64,000 bases of DNA from an uncultured Clostridia bacterium. GTDB lineage: Bacteria > Aerophobota > Aerophobia > Aerophobales > AE-B3A. Below the pieces are notes generated by a model. That model had not been told where the DNA came from. It saw nothing but the letters and a program-made list of their open reading frames with translations, and ran no database searches. Of the stretch, positions 49,449-58,518 are shown one piece after another; the stretch's first letter is position 1; each line of letters starts with the position of its first letter. Location: the NCBI GenBank assembly GCA_964543295.1, contig CAZIXA010000008.1, positions 4,764-68,763 on the forward strand, written 5' to 3'. The translations under genes were made by a program, and so were the position numbers.

Positions 49449-49963
49449 TGGATAAGCAAGAAAGAGAGCGATTATTCAAACAAGAATTAGCCCGCATTAT
49501 TGATAGCGTTATTAACCAACGCAAGCCTAAAAATAATACCTTTGGTTTACTGGCTAAGGGGAAAATAAATGAGTGGAGCGATATAACCTTCTTATGATTA
49601 AAGATAGCTCGAAAAGGCAAGTCGATAGATGTGTGGAAGTAGCGGAACTAACAGGCCCAAAAGTTGGAGTAGGTCTTTTCATATATAGCCGACGGAATAC
49701 GAAATTCCTTTAAACGAGAGATTTTCTTTTCTGCTAAGTATTTTAAAAGACGGAAGAGCTTTATATGAGAAAGGACGTTGGAGTATGGCTTAAACATTGC
49801 TAAATAATACTTGTACAAGTCCAAGGTTTATTTGTACGATGTGTCCTATTAAAAATTATGGCACTGGCCCGATGGATTAAATTGTAAGCGGCAATAATTA
49901 CGACCTATAGATGTACGAATAATTGCGGAATTCATATTTATATATGAGGGGCCAAGACAAGAG

Positions 49964-50974
49964 ATGAAAAATATAGTCCAAGGAAGTCTTATTGTAACTT
50001 ATAGGTGTAATGCTAAATGTCAGATGTGCGAAATATGGAGACATCCAACAAAGCCATCTGAAGAGTTACACCCCAAATACTATGAAAAATTACCTTCAGG
50101 TTTGCGAATTAATATCACAGGTGGCGAACCTATGTTAAGAGATGATATTGAGGAGATTTTTGGAATTCTTTACCCCCACGCATATCTTTTGGAATTAAGT
50201 ACAAATGGTTATTTTACAGATAGAATAATACATCTTGCTGAGAAATATCCGAATATTCTAATCCGTGTGAGTGTTGAAGGATTACCAGGGCTTAATGATA
50301 AATTACGAGGTATTCCAAATGGTTTTGACCATGCCCTCAGGACAATTTTAGAATTGAAAAAGACCAAGTGCAAAAATATTGGTTTTTCTATTGTAATTTC
50401 GCCACAAAATGTATATGACCTTCTCCCTCTATATGAATTGTGTTGCTATTTAGGAATAGAACTGGGAAATTCAGCAATGCATAACTCATGGTATTTTCAC
50501 AAAGCGGATAATGTAATAGCAGGTGATAAAAAAGCATGGGAAATAGAAGCTGAATTTATAAAGGTACTTCTACGGTCGCCTCGTAGAGGGACAAAAAATA
50601 AGTTGAAAGACTATGCTCGAGCATACTTTAATCTAAGTATCTTGAAAAGGTTACGCGGTGACCCACGGGGTTATCGTCCACCATGTGGAGCAGGAACGGA
50701 CTTCTTTTTTGTTGACCCCTTTGGAAACATTACTCCTTGTAATGGTTCGGATGAGGAATGGATAATGGGTAACCTAAGGGATAATTCTTTTGAAAATATT
50801 ATGAATTCGGAAAGAGCTAAAGAAGCAATGAAGAAAGTCAAATCGTGTGAAAAGGAATGCTGTTTTGTTGTTACTGAGCGGCATGATATGGTTCGTAACC
50901 TCTGGAAGCCAATTTACTGGATTACGAAAAACAAAATCAAATTAGGATTAAAAATCCTGAGGGATTTTAGCTAA
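49964..50974 (+). CDS. radical SAM enzyme with C-terminal Cys-rich SPASM/twitch-like domain
   Basis: CNAKCQMC (Cx3Cx2C); C-terminal CGAG..C..C...C. Confidence 0.65.
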   Translation: MKNIVQGSLIVTYRCNAKCQMCEIWRHPTKPSEELHPKYYEKLPSGLRINITGGEPMLRDDIEEIFGILYPHAYLLELSTNGYFTDRIIHLAEKYPNILIRVSVEGLPGLNDKLRGIPNGFDHALRTILELKKTKCKNIGFSIVISPQNVYDLLPLYELCCYLGIELGNSAMHNSWYFHKADNVIAGDKKAWEIEAEFIKVLLRSPRRGTKNKLKDYARAYFNLSILKRLRGDPRGYRPPCGAGTDFFFVDPFGNITPCNGSDEEWIMGNLRDNSFENIMNSERAKEAMKKVKSCEKECCFVVTERHDMVRNLWKPIYWITKNKIKLGLKILRDFS

Positions 50975-50975
50975 T

Positions 50976-52091
50976 ATGGAAATTAATGTCGTTGGTATAA
51001 GAGGTTTTCCCAATATTCAAGGCGGTGCAGAAAAGCATTGTGAGGAGCTTTACCCTCGTTTAGTTAAGTTAGGATGTAATATTACGGTTTTTAGCCGAAC
51101 TCCTTATTTTACGAAGGAAAAGAGTTTAAGAAAATGGAAGGGTGTGAAATTTGTTTATCTCTGGTGTCCTAGAACTAAAAGTCTCGAAGCCGTCATGCAC
51201 ACACTTTTAGCTTCTCTGATTTGTATATTTAAGCGTCCTGATATTGTTCATATACATAATATTGGTCCTGGAATATTAATACCATTGTTAAAAATGGCCA
51301 AACTTAAGGTAGTGTTGACATATCATAGCGTCAACTACGAACATCAGAAATGGAGTGAATTTGCCAAAATTGTTTTGAAGATGAGTGAATTTGTAAGTAT
51401 GAAATTTGCCGATAAAATCATAGTGATTTCCAAAGCGATAAAGAACTTGCTGACAAATAAATATAACAGAGAAGATTTAGAATTAATTTTTAATGGCGTA
51501 AATTTTCCAGAAAAGATTTCAACCACAGAGATTCTGGAAAAATACTACCTTTCATCTCGCCAATATGTATTTACCGCTGCTCGTTTTGTGCCTGAAAAGG
51601 GACTGCATGACCTAATTGGTGCCTATCAGGAGATCAAAAATCCAGAATTTAAGTTAGTCATAGCTGGCGACGCTGACCATGAAACTATATATAGCAGAAA
51701 AATCAAGGCATTAGCAAAGAAGAGTGAAAAGATTATTCTTACCGGGTTTATTTCTGGCAATCCCCTCACTGAGCTTTTTTCAAATGCTGGTTTGTTCGTT
51801 TTACCCTCATATTATGAAGGATTACCAATAGCATTATTGGAAGCTTTAAGTTATGGCCTTCCAGTGCTTATAAGTGATATTCCTGCCAACAAGGAAATGC
51901 CTTTACCTGAATTTAGGTTTTTCCCGGTTGGGAATATAGATAAACTATCTAAAAAAATGACTGAGTTATTCAAATCTGGGATTCCTGAAGAAGAAAGACA
52001 AAGGCAGCAAGAAGTGCTTGTACGAGACTATAATTGGAATAAGATAGCAAAACAAACATTTAAGGTTTATGAAAAAGTGCAAAAGAGTTAG
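50976..52091 (+). CDS. glycosyltransferase family 4
   Basis: YYEGLPIALLEALSYGLPVLISDI. Confidence 0.7.
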   Translation: MEINVVGIRGFPNIQGGAEKHCEELYPRLVKLGCNITVFSRTPYFTKEKSLRKWKGVKFVYLWCPRTKSLEAVMHTLLASLICIFKRPDIVHIHNIGPGILIPLLKMAKLKVVLTYHSVNYEHQKWSEFAKIVLKMSEFVSMKFADKIIVISKAIKNLLTNKYNREDLELIFNGVNFPEKISTTEILEKYYLSSRQYVFTAARFVPEKGLHDLIGAYQEIKNPEFKLVIAGDADHETIYSRKIKALAKKSEKIILTGFISGNPLTELFSNAGLFVLPSYYEGLPIALLEALSYGLPVLISDIPANKEMPLPEFRFFPVGNIDKLSKKMTELFKSGIPEEERQRQQEVLVRDYNWNKIAKQTFKVYEKVQKS

Positions 52092-52158
52092 GAACTGCCG
52101 AAAAAGAGTAAGACTATTTTTTTTCTCTGGTTGGTCAGGAAAGAATTGATAAAGAAAT

Positions 52159-52217
52159 GGTTCAATTAGTTCGATTGGTTCAACTGGTTCTATTAGTTTG
52201 AGTGGTTTAATTGGGTG
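52159..52217. repeat. 9-bp tandem repeat (GGTTCAATT-like, ~6.5 units)
   Basis: ggttcaatt agttcgatt ggttcaact ggttctatt agtttgagt ggtttaatt gggtgg. Confidence 0.6.
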
Positions 52218-52519
52218 GAAGAGGCTACACAATGTTTAGAAAGGCGGTATGTTTAGTTTCTTTAATTGCTTTTTACGTTGCTGCTTTATTCTCATCCCTC
52301 TTTTTGGCCTACATAATCAGAGAAGAGATTCTTTTTTATATTCATCCTGCTTTCAGAATGACAACCTTTCCCTTTGAGACCTACCTGGTAAACTATCCTT
52401 ACTTTCTCGGTCTCTGGGTGGTGATTCTTGCTTATGAGAGCCTTTGTACCAAAAGATTTATCCTGGGAGAGGGAAAAGAGGATCAAAGAATTAAGAAGCA
52501 AAACAAAAAGCAGGATTAG
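52211..52519 (+). CDS. small membrane protein
   Basis: 102 aa, 2-3 TM. Confidence 0.3.
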   Translation: MGGRGYTMFRKAVCLVSLIAFYVAALFSSLFLAYIIREEILFYIHPAFRMTTFPFETYLVNYPYFLGLWVVILAYESLCTKRFILGEGKEDQRIKKQNKKQD

Positions 52520-52527
52520 AGGATTAA
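52507..52527. repeat. RAGGATTA octamer pair immediately upstream of wbaP start
   Basis: gcaggattagaggattaaag. Confidence 0.5.
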
Positions 52528-52531
52528 AGAG

Positions 52532-53977
52532 ATGAAGATACCCAAAAGTAAAAGAAGAATTAGGTTGCTTTATTTAGCTGTTGATTTTTTCTTTATCTTC
52601 CTTTGCTTTTGGTCTTTTTACTTTTACCGTTATTTTAAGGGGAATTTTTGGGATGGGGTTAAGTATTTCTTTTCCCCTCAGTTTAATTCCCTTCCCTTAT
52701 TTAATGAGTACCTCAGCTTATTTTTCTTCCTTTGTATTACCATTTTTTTCTCCCTTCAAAATTACGGGCTTTATGGAACAACGCGGGGACGTTCACTGAC
52801 CAATGAGGTATTTTGCGTCTTTAAAGCAGTTGCCTTTTCGAGTATGTTGAGTATCGCCCTTGTCTTTATAGCCAAATTTCACGGCGTTTCTCGCTTAGTA
52901 TTTTTTCAATTCGTCCTCTCCATAGCATTTTTTCTCTCCATCTGGCGAGTTCTTAAACGCTGGTATGTAGAAGATTTGGTAGCCTCGGGTTATAACAATC
53001 AAAATGTTTTAATCGTTGGAGCAGGGCAAGCAGGCAAGTCCTTAGCTCAGGAGTTGTCTAAGCAACAGCATCTAGGATTAAAAGTCATAGGTTTTTTAGA
53101 CGATCATAGAAAAACTGAAGAGCATACATCCAAAGGAAAAATATTAGGAAAGACGAGCGAGTTAGAAAGAATTGTTAATGAAAAATTTATTGATCAGGTC
53201 TCTATTACTTTTCCCCTACAGAGGGGATTAGCAAATAAAATAATATCCCAGGCAAGAAAGTTAGGAGTGGGAGTGAAGATAATACCCGAGTATTTTGAAA
53301 ACTCTACCAGTAGACTTGATATTAGTTATATAGGTAGGATTCCCCTTCTTGAATATTATGGTAAGCCTGAATTAGAAGCGGAATTGATGATCAAACGACT
53401 TATAGATATAGTTTTTTCTTTTGTGGGATTGTTGATTCTTTCACCACTTTTTATAGCAATAGCTATCTTAATTAAATTGGACAGTCCAGGGCCGATATTT
53501 TATGTTTCCCCTCGAATAGGAAGAAAAGGAAAAATATTTAAGTTTTACAAGTTTCGTTCAATGTATGCCGGTGCGGAAAAGGATTTAGATAAATTATCAG
53601 AGAGGAATGAAAAAGACGGACCTATTTTTAAGATGGAAAATGACCCTCGTGAAACTAAAATAGGAAGATTTATAAGAAAATATAGCATAGATGAGTTGTC
53701 ACAGCTATGGAATGTGTTAAAAGGGGATATGAGTCTGGTGGGACCAAGGCCTCCTACTCCTTCGGAAATAGACCGCTATAAAGATTGGGAATTAAAAAGG
53801 GTAAATGTAATTCCTGGTATGACCTCTCCATATGTAATTCAAGGGAGAAGCAATTTATCCTTCGGGGAATGGGTGAGGTCGGATCTTGATTATATTGAAA
53901 ACTGGTCCTTAGGGTTGGATTTAAAGATTTTATTAAAAACGGTGCCGGCGATAATAAAAGGGGAAGGAGCATACTAA
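52532..53977 (+). CDS. wbaP: WbaP/CpsE-type undecaprenyl-phosphate hexose-1-phosphate transferase (initiating PGT)
   Basis: 481 aa; N-terminal TMs, CoA-binding-like middle domain, bacterial sugar transferase C-domain (DLSQLWNVLKGDMSLVGPRP). Confidence 0.75.
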   Translation: MKIPKSKRRIRLLYLAVDFFFIFLCFWSFYFYRYFKGNFWDGVKYFFSPQFNSLPLFNEYLSLFFFLCITIFFSLQNYGLYGTTRGRSLTNEVFCVFKAVAFSSMLSIALVFIAKFHGVSRLVFFQFVLSIAFFLSIWRVLKRWYVEDLVASGYNNQNVLIVGAGQAGKSLAQELSKQQHLGLKVIGFLDDHRKTEEHTSKGKILGKTSELERIVNEKFIDQVSITFPLQRGLANKIISQARKLGVGVKIIPEYFENSTSRLDISYIGRIPLLEYYGKPELEAELMIKRLIDIVFSFVGLLILSPLFIAIAILIKLDSPGPIFYVSPRIGRKGKIFKFYKFRSMYAGAEKDLDKLSERNEKDGPIFKMENDPRETKIGRFIRKYSIDELSQLWNVLKGDMSLVGPRPPTPSEIDRYKDWELKRVNVIPGMTSPYVIQGRSNLSFGEWVRSDLDYIENWSLGLDLKILLKTVPAIIKGEGAY

Positions 53978-54039
53978 AAAAGCAGGATTAAAGGATTGGA
54001 GGGAAAAAGCAAAAAACTGAAAAGAAGGATTATAGGGGA

Positions 54040-54200
54040 ATGAAGCATGTAAAGGCGGTAATTTTAGCAGCCGGAGAGGGAACCAGAAGAGCTTGCGGGT
54101 AGAGGCATTGAGAGTAAATGACCCTACTATTGCCTTAGGAGTCAACACAAGGAAAGACCTTAGGCGAGTGATTCAGATAATGAAGGAGAAAAGGCAGCAA
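54040..54200 (+). pseudogene. internally deleted sugar-phosphate nucleotidyltransferase remnant
   Basis: MKHVKAVILAAGEGTR then frame break, resuming ..NDPTIALGVNTRKDLRRVIQIM (GlmU/RmlA-like C-terminal segment). Confidence 0.4.
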
Positions 54201-54275
54201 CTGAAAAGGCAGGATTAGAGGGATAGAGGATTAGAGGATTAAAAAGCAAGAAAAAGGCAGGATTAGAAAGATAGG
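54199..54275. repeat. array of RAGGATTA-like octamers
   Basis: ggcaggattagagggatagaggattagaggattaaaaagcaagaaaaaggcaggattagaaagataggatt. Confidence 0.5.
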
Positions 54276-54281
54276 ATTTTC

Positions 54282-54809
54282 TTGACAAGGGTCTTTGGTC
54301 TGATAGCAGGAGAGGGCGAAGAAATAAATACAAGAATGAATCACCGTTTAAGAGCACATGCTATTGGGATATTATACTGGATTCCTGCCATCCTCTGGAT
54401 CGTCTTAATTGTTCTTTCCGGCTCCCCCTACGGAGCTTTTCTGGGTAAAAAAGTCCGGCAGCTAACCCATACTTCCTGGATTGTGAAGGGTATATTTCAT
54501 ATAGGAGAATTTGCTATTCTCACTATCCTTGTTTTTGTCGCCCTTAACATTAAAAAGAAGAAGCTAAACTTAGAAAAAGCTCTCCTGTACGCAGTAATTA
54601 CCAGTTTCGGGGTGGCTTTCTTTTCCGAATTTGAGCAATTCGTTTTTTCCTCTTTTTGTCTATTTGAGTGGAATGATCTGTTTATGAATGTGGTAGGAAT
54701 AGGACTGATAACTTTACTATTCTACCTTACAGGAGTTAGAGGTTTTTCTTATGAAAGCCTTTCTTCTGGCGGTAGGAGAAGGGACAAGACTAAGGCCTCT
54801 CACCAATAA
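54282..54809 (+). CDS. polytopic membrane protein
   Basis: 175 aa, 4-5 TM. Confidence 0.35.
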   Translation: MTRVFGLIAGEGEEINTRMNHRLRAHAIGILYWIPAILWIVLIVLSGSPYGAFLGKKVRQLTHTSWIVKGIFHIGEFAILTILVFVALNIKKKKLNLEKALLYAVITSFGVAFFSEFEQFVFSSFCLFEWNDLFMNVVGIGLITLLFYLTGVRGFSYESLSSGGRRRDKTKASHQ

Positions 54810-55023
54810 AATTCCTAGGTGCCTGGTCCCCATTAAGCGAAAGTCACTCCTGCACTACTGGCTAAGGTTGTACGAGGGATACGGCATCAGGGAGATGCTG
54901 ATCAACCTAGGCCATTTGCCTCATCTGGCAAAGGAATTCCTGGATAATGGTTTCTACAGGCTTGAGATTAAGACATTCTATGAGGAAAAACTGTTAGGAA
55001 GTGCAGGAAACCATTGGGGCTAA
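54751..55023 (+). pseudogene. truncated hddC-like nucleotidyltransferase (N-terminal 90 aa only)
   Basis: MKAFLLAVGEGTRLRPLTNKIPRCLVPI.. parallels HddC 33371 N-terminus, stops at aa 90. Confidence 0.5.
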
Positions 55024-55232
55024 TCGGGATTTTGTGGCCGGGGAGGAGCTTTCCTTCTGTGCACTGGAGGACCAGCGTCATTCAGAGCACGCCTTGCTGG
55101 TTTTCTTGAGTGATGAAGTTTCCTTGCGATTTTCCTTATATTCCAGCGTTTCTTGAAATACAGTTTTCTAATCCCTTCTTTTCTTCCACCTCGATCATCT
55201 CCTTCCTCCGGTAGCTGATGATTTGTTTTCAT
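55020..55232 (-). mobile_element. IS21-family IstA transposase N-terminal (HTH) fragment
   Basis: WNIRKIARKLHHSRKPARRAL resembles IstA sIRaIAReLgvSRnTVRkyL; flanked by two direct ~24-bp repeats GGTYCCCTTTTAYTTTATCACACRCACT at 55261-55327, as in multi-repeat IS21 termini. Confidence 0.35.
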
Positions 55233-55291
55233 CAGTGTACCAGATTTTTTGATCAGGTGGTTCCCTTTTACTTTATCACACGCACTACACC

Positions 55292-58200
55292 CTAAAGATG
55301 GTCCCCTTTTATTTTATCACACACACTTTTCATATAATAACCAACTACAACTACTATTATAATTACTAAAATTGTTATCCATAATCCTAATCTACTTGGA
55401 GCTATAGGTATTTCTTCTTCCGGAGTTACCACTTCTTCCTCTTCTTCAGGTACTTCTTCTTCAGCTACTCTTTCAATTCTTTTAAATGTCAAATCTCCCT
55501 TACCATAACTAATCCCATCTAACGTAATTTCTAAATCATTCACCCCATCATTATCTAAATCAACTTCTTTACTTTCGTCTACCTTCACTGTAACCTCCAT
55601 TGGATCTGAACTTATTTCTAATACTACATAATCTTTACCAACCTCTTTTACCTTAACTGAATGAGCTACAGTATCAATTGTAAATGTTAAAGTACTATCT
55701 TTAGCCATTAACTTACTTGCTCCGTAATCTGTTAGCTCTCCTAAATCAATTGTTTTTCCAGTTCTAACAATTTCCTTAGCAATAGTTGTAGTCGTAAAAT
55801 AACTTGGTCTTTTATGTACCATAAATGTTTTTGAAACTGAAGCTGAATTTCCAGCATCGTCTGTTGCTGAGTAACTTACTGTGTATGTTCCTATTTCATC
55901 TGTGTCTGTAAAACTTTCTCCACACAAAGCTGATACAGATGAACCTTGTGGTTTTGTAACAGTTAAACTAGTAGAAAGTGAGCCATCATAATTATCACTA
56001 GAAGAACAAGAAATTACAGTTGAACGTCCTGTATATATTGATGTATCTGATAATAATAAAGAAACTGTTGGAGCTGTATTATCTACTTGAGCTTCAAATG
56101 TTATAGTAGGAAAACCTTCATCATAAGTAAAATTTATATAACCAGAAGCATTAGCTTGAAAAGCCTTCCAAAGAATTCCATTTTTATTTACTACAACTTT
56201 ATCTCCTGATGAAAAATTACCTATTGTATGATTTACTGTTGTCGACGAATTTGAGGCAGATTCGTTCCATTTTTTGTAGATGGTCGTGAAGTTTGAGACT
56301 GTTACGTTGATTGAGCTTGAGGATGGATAAATAGACATAATTTTTATTAAATTTATTGTATATGCTCCATGTTCTAAGTTAAGTGACAGCTTATTGGTAA
56401 CATTACCTGAACTATCAACAATATGCGACATCGAAGAGTTTTGAGACGTATTTTGATAATAATATACCCCGTAATCGAATGAATTAAGTTGGAATTTATT
56501 TGTTTTGTATCTTACAATACCATCATCAAAATATGATTGTGGTATTGTTACGTTGGCATTTATTGTAACTGTCTCTGCGTTAGGATTGTAATATGACGAA
56601 TCTATTTTGGTTTCGGCTCGTATTAATCTCGGATTGCTATTAGGTGTAGTTATGAATGTCGTATTTTTATTTTCCTCTGCAACAAACCATGTATAATTAT
56701 TATTATTGTCGTCGGTTGTATGGATATAGTAGATACTTTCATTACTTTCAGGATACACTAATCCCTTAACTCGGATCATTGCAGTTTCATTGACTTGAAT
56801 AGTCACCATACTTGCGTTATTATTAAATATTATTGTATTCACATCGTATTGTTGGGGGTACCTTTGATTGTAAATTTCGGTTTCATACGCAAAACGGTAA
56901 CCCTTTTCATAGAGGTCTTTTACAATATTGTTGCGAAAATTTCTATTTTGATTATCATTCCCGTGTGTTGATCCTAACAAGGGATAACCTGCATAAAGAT
57001 AAACTTCATACATCGCATCATATGCGTAAAGAGTGTAGCTGTCGCTAGCATCAAAATCAAAGGCTCTTGGTATGATTGCTGTGTTATTATACATGTTATA
57101 AAAGAGGTAATCCTTCGGGAAAGGGTCTCTAAAATTCTCATAGATTAGAAATCCTTTATCAGACCATATATGCATTGTGGTCTCACTTGATGACCAACCA
57201 GGTGTTGAATATCCAGGAAATAAACCATGTGTTATTACATGATTCCATGCTTCTGTTATATTACCGGCTAATGTCCCTTGATCATACATATCAATTTCGC
57301 TAAGATGGTCATACCCATGTGATTCTATTTCGATATTTCCTCCATATATGTATCCTAGACTATTCCATCTCGAACTGATATCTATTGGTGAAAGTATCCC
57401 TTGGCCAGTAGGATCGCCAGAAGGAACATCGTAAGTGAATTTATTTTCTGTGTATTGTGATACATTATTCATAAAATCACCTGTTAAATCTGTGAGATAA
57501 TCAAACCCACTTTGGCTATGCATGTGACAGGGCATTTGTGCTATGGGCGGCATCGGGACGATCATTACATTAATATAATTACTCAAAAATTTCCACATGC
57601 CATAACCAGATGCCCTGAAATACCAATTATAAGCACCAAATGCCGTGAAATCACTAAGAATCATTAACATTAGAACATCTGGATCTCCATTCATGTGTCC
57701 TATTGTCATCGATGGATATTTGTCTGAAGAATTTGTTTTGTTTATCACCCATACAAAAATACCATCATCGAAATCATCTGGAAAAGATTCATTATAATCC
57801 AACTTTAAATAAGTTAAAGCGGTTGCTGGCCTGTAACCAGTATCGTTTATATTCCGCTCAGAGACCGTTATATTTGTTTGATAGTCAGTACCTAAATTTT
57901 TATAGCTTGCTGCATAAGGGCCTCCAAACGCTGTATTTCTCCTCCAATTAATGTATTCAAATGAAGCGGTAGGACCAGTAATTACAGCTATTTTATTTGC
58001 TTTAGCGACATCATATATAGCTGAAAAGTCCATACCTCCATCTAGCCAAGCCTGCCATGCTACACCACCAGAAAATTGACTATCTACTATGATTACCTTA
58101 TAGTCAGCAAGTTTTGTATAATTGAAATTTGGGTCGCTAACATTATAACAGTCGACAGGAAGTGTTTGTAATACGCCCCTTTGCCAATCAGCATCTGTTC

Positions 58201-58411
58201 TATATAAATATTCAGCATTGTTGTAGTATAGTACCGCTATTTCATGACCCTTTGTGTTCTCAGAAATGTAAGGTGTAATTGGAGCACCAGCATTTCCGAC
58301 TCCACCAAATACAGCAAGGGATAAGAGAACTAAGGTGATGAAACCAACTCTTTCAATATTTTTCCAGAATTTGGACGGTATTCTAGTTTCCCCCAGGGAC
58401 TGTTCTGCCAT
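55292..58411 (-). CDS. large secreted cell-surface protein with acidic linker and C-terminal TM anchor; candidate S-layer/glycoprotein
   Basis: 1039 aa; N-terminal signal peptide; dozens of N-x-S/T sequons and Thr/Ser-rich stretches; ..EEEVPEEEEEVVTPEEE.. linker then LWITILVIIIVVVVGYY anchor; last ~12 codons lie in IS-associated repeat. Confidence 0.55.
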   Translation of the reverse strand: MAEQSLGETRIPSKFWKNIERVGFITLVLLSLAVFGGVGNAGAPITPYISENTKGHEIAVLYYNNAEYLYRTDADWQRGVLQTLPVDCYNVSDPNFNYTKLADYKVIIVDSQFSGGVAWQAWLDGGMDFSAIYDVAKANKIAVITGPTASFEYINWRRNTAFGGPYAASYKNLGTDYQTNITVSERNINDTGYRPATALTYLKLDYNESFPDDFDDGIFVWVINKTNSSDKYPSMTIGHMNGDPDVLMLMILSDFTAFGAYNWYFRASGYGMWKFLSNYINVMIVPMPPIAQMPCHMHSQSGFDYLTDLTGDFMNNVSQYTENKFTYDVPSGDPTGQGILSPIDISSRWNSLGYIYGGNIEIESHGYDHLSEIDMYDQGTLAGNITEAWNHVITHGLFPGYSTPGWSSSETTMHIWSDKGFLIYENFRDPFPKDYLFYNMYNNTAIIPRAFDFDASDSYTLYAYDAMYEVYLYAGYPLLGSTHGNDNQNRNFRNNIVKDLYEKGYRFAYETEIYNQRYPQQYDVNTIIFNNNASMVTIQVNETAMIRVKGLVYPESNESIYYIHTTDDNNNNYTWFVAEENKNTTFITTPNSNPRLIRAETKIDSSYYNPNAETVTINANVTIPQSYFDDGIVRYKTNKFQLNSFDYGVYYYQNTSQNSSMSHIVDSSGNVTNKLSLNLEHGAYTINLIKIMSIYPSSSSINVTVSNFTTIYKKWNESASNSSTTVNHTIGNFSSGDKVVVNKNGILWKAFQANASGYINFTYDEGFPTITFEAQVDNTAPTVSLLLSDTSIYTGRSTVISCSSSDNYDGSLSTSLTVTKPQGSSVSALCGESFTDTDEIGTYTVSYSATDDAGNSASVSKTFMVHKRPSYFTTTTIAKEIVRTGKTIDLGELTDYGASKLMAKDSTLTFTIDTVAHSVKVKEVGKDYVVLEISSDPMEVTVKVDESKEVDLDNDGVNDLEITLDGISYGKGDLTFKRIERVAEEEVPEEEEEVVTPEEEIPIAPSRLGLWITILVIIIVVVVGYYMKSVCDKIKGDHL

Positions 58412-58518
58412 TTTCTACACCTAAAATATCATAGATTAAATTTGTTATTTATAAATTTAACTGTTTTCGATATTGATTCAGTGTAAATTATTTCTACTCC
58501 TCTTTTCGTATTTCTATT

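Noticed and set aside
55292-58411. Calling the 1039-aa protein an archaeal S-layer N-glycoprotein and the window archaeal
   Set aside because: Sequon richness and the C-terminal anchor fit that. But CsoR, HU, TolC/OEP-like proteins, a Wzc BY-kinase, a WbaP-type PGT, strong GGAGG Shine-Dalgarno sites and a MmeI-type RM favour a bacterium. Asn richness may simply reflect low GC. Kept as an unverified glycoprotein candidate only.
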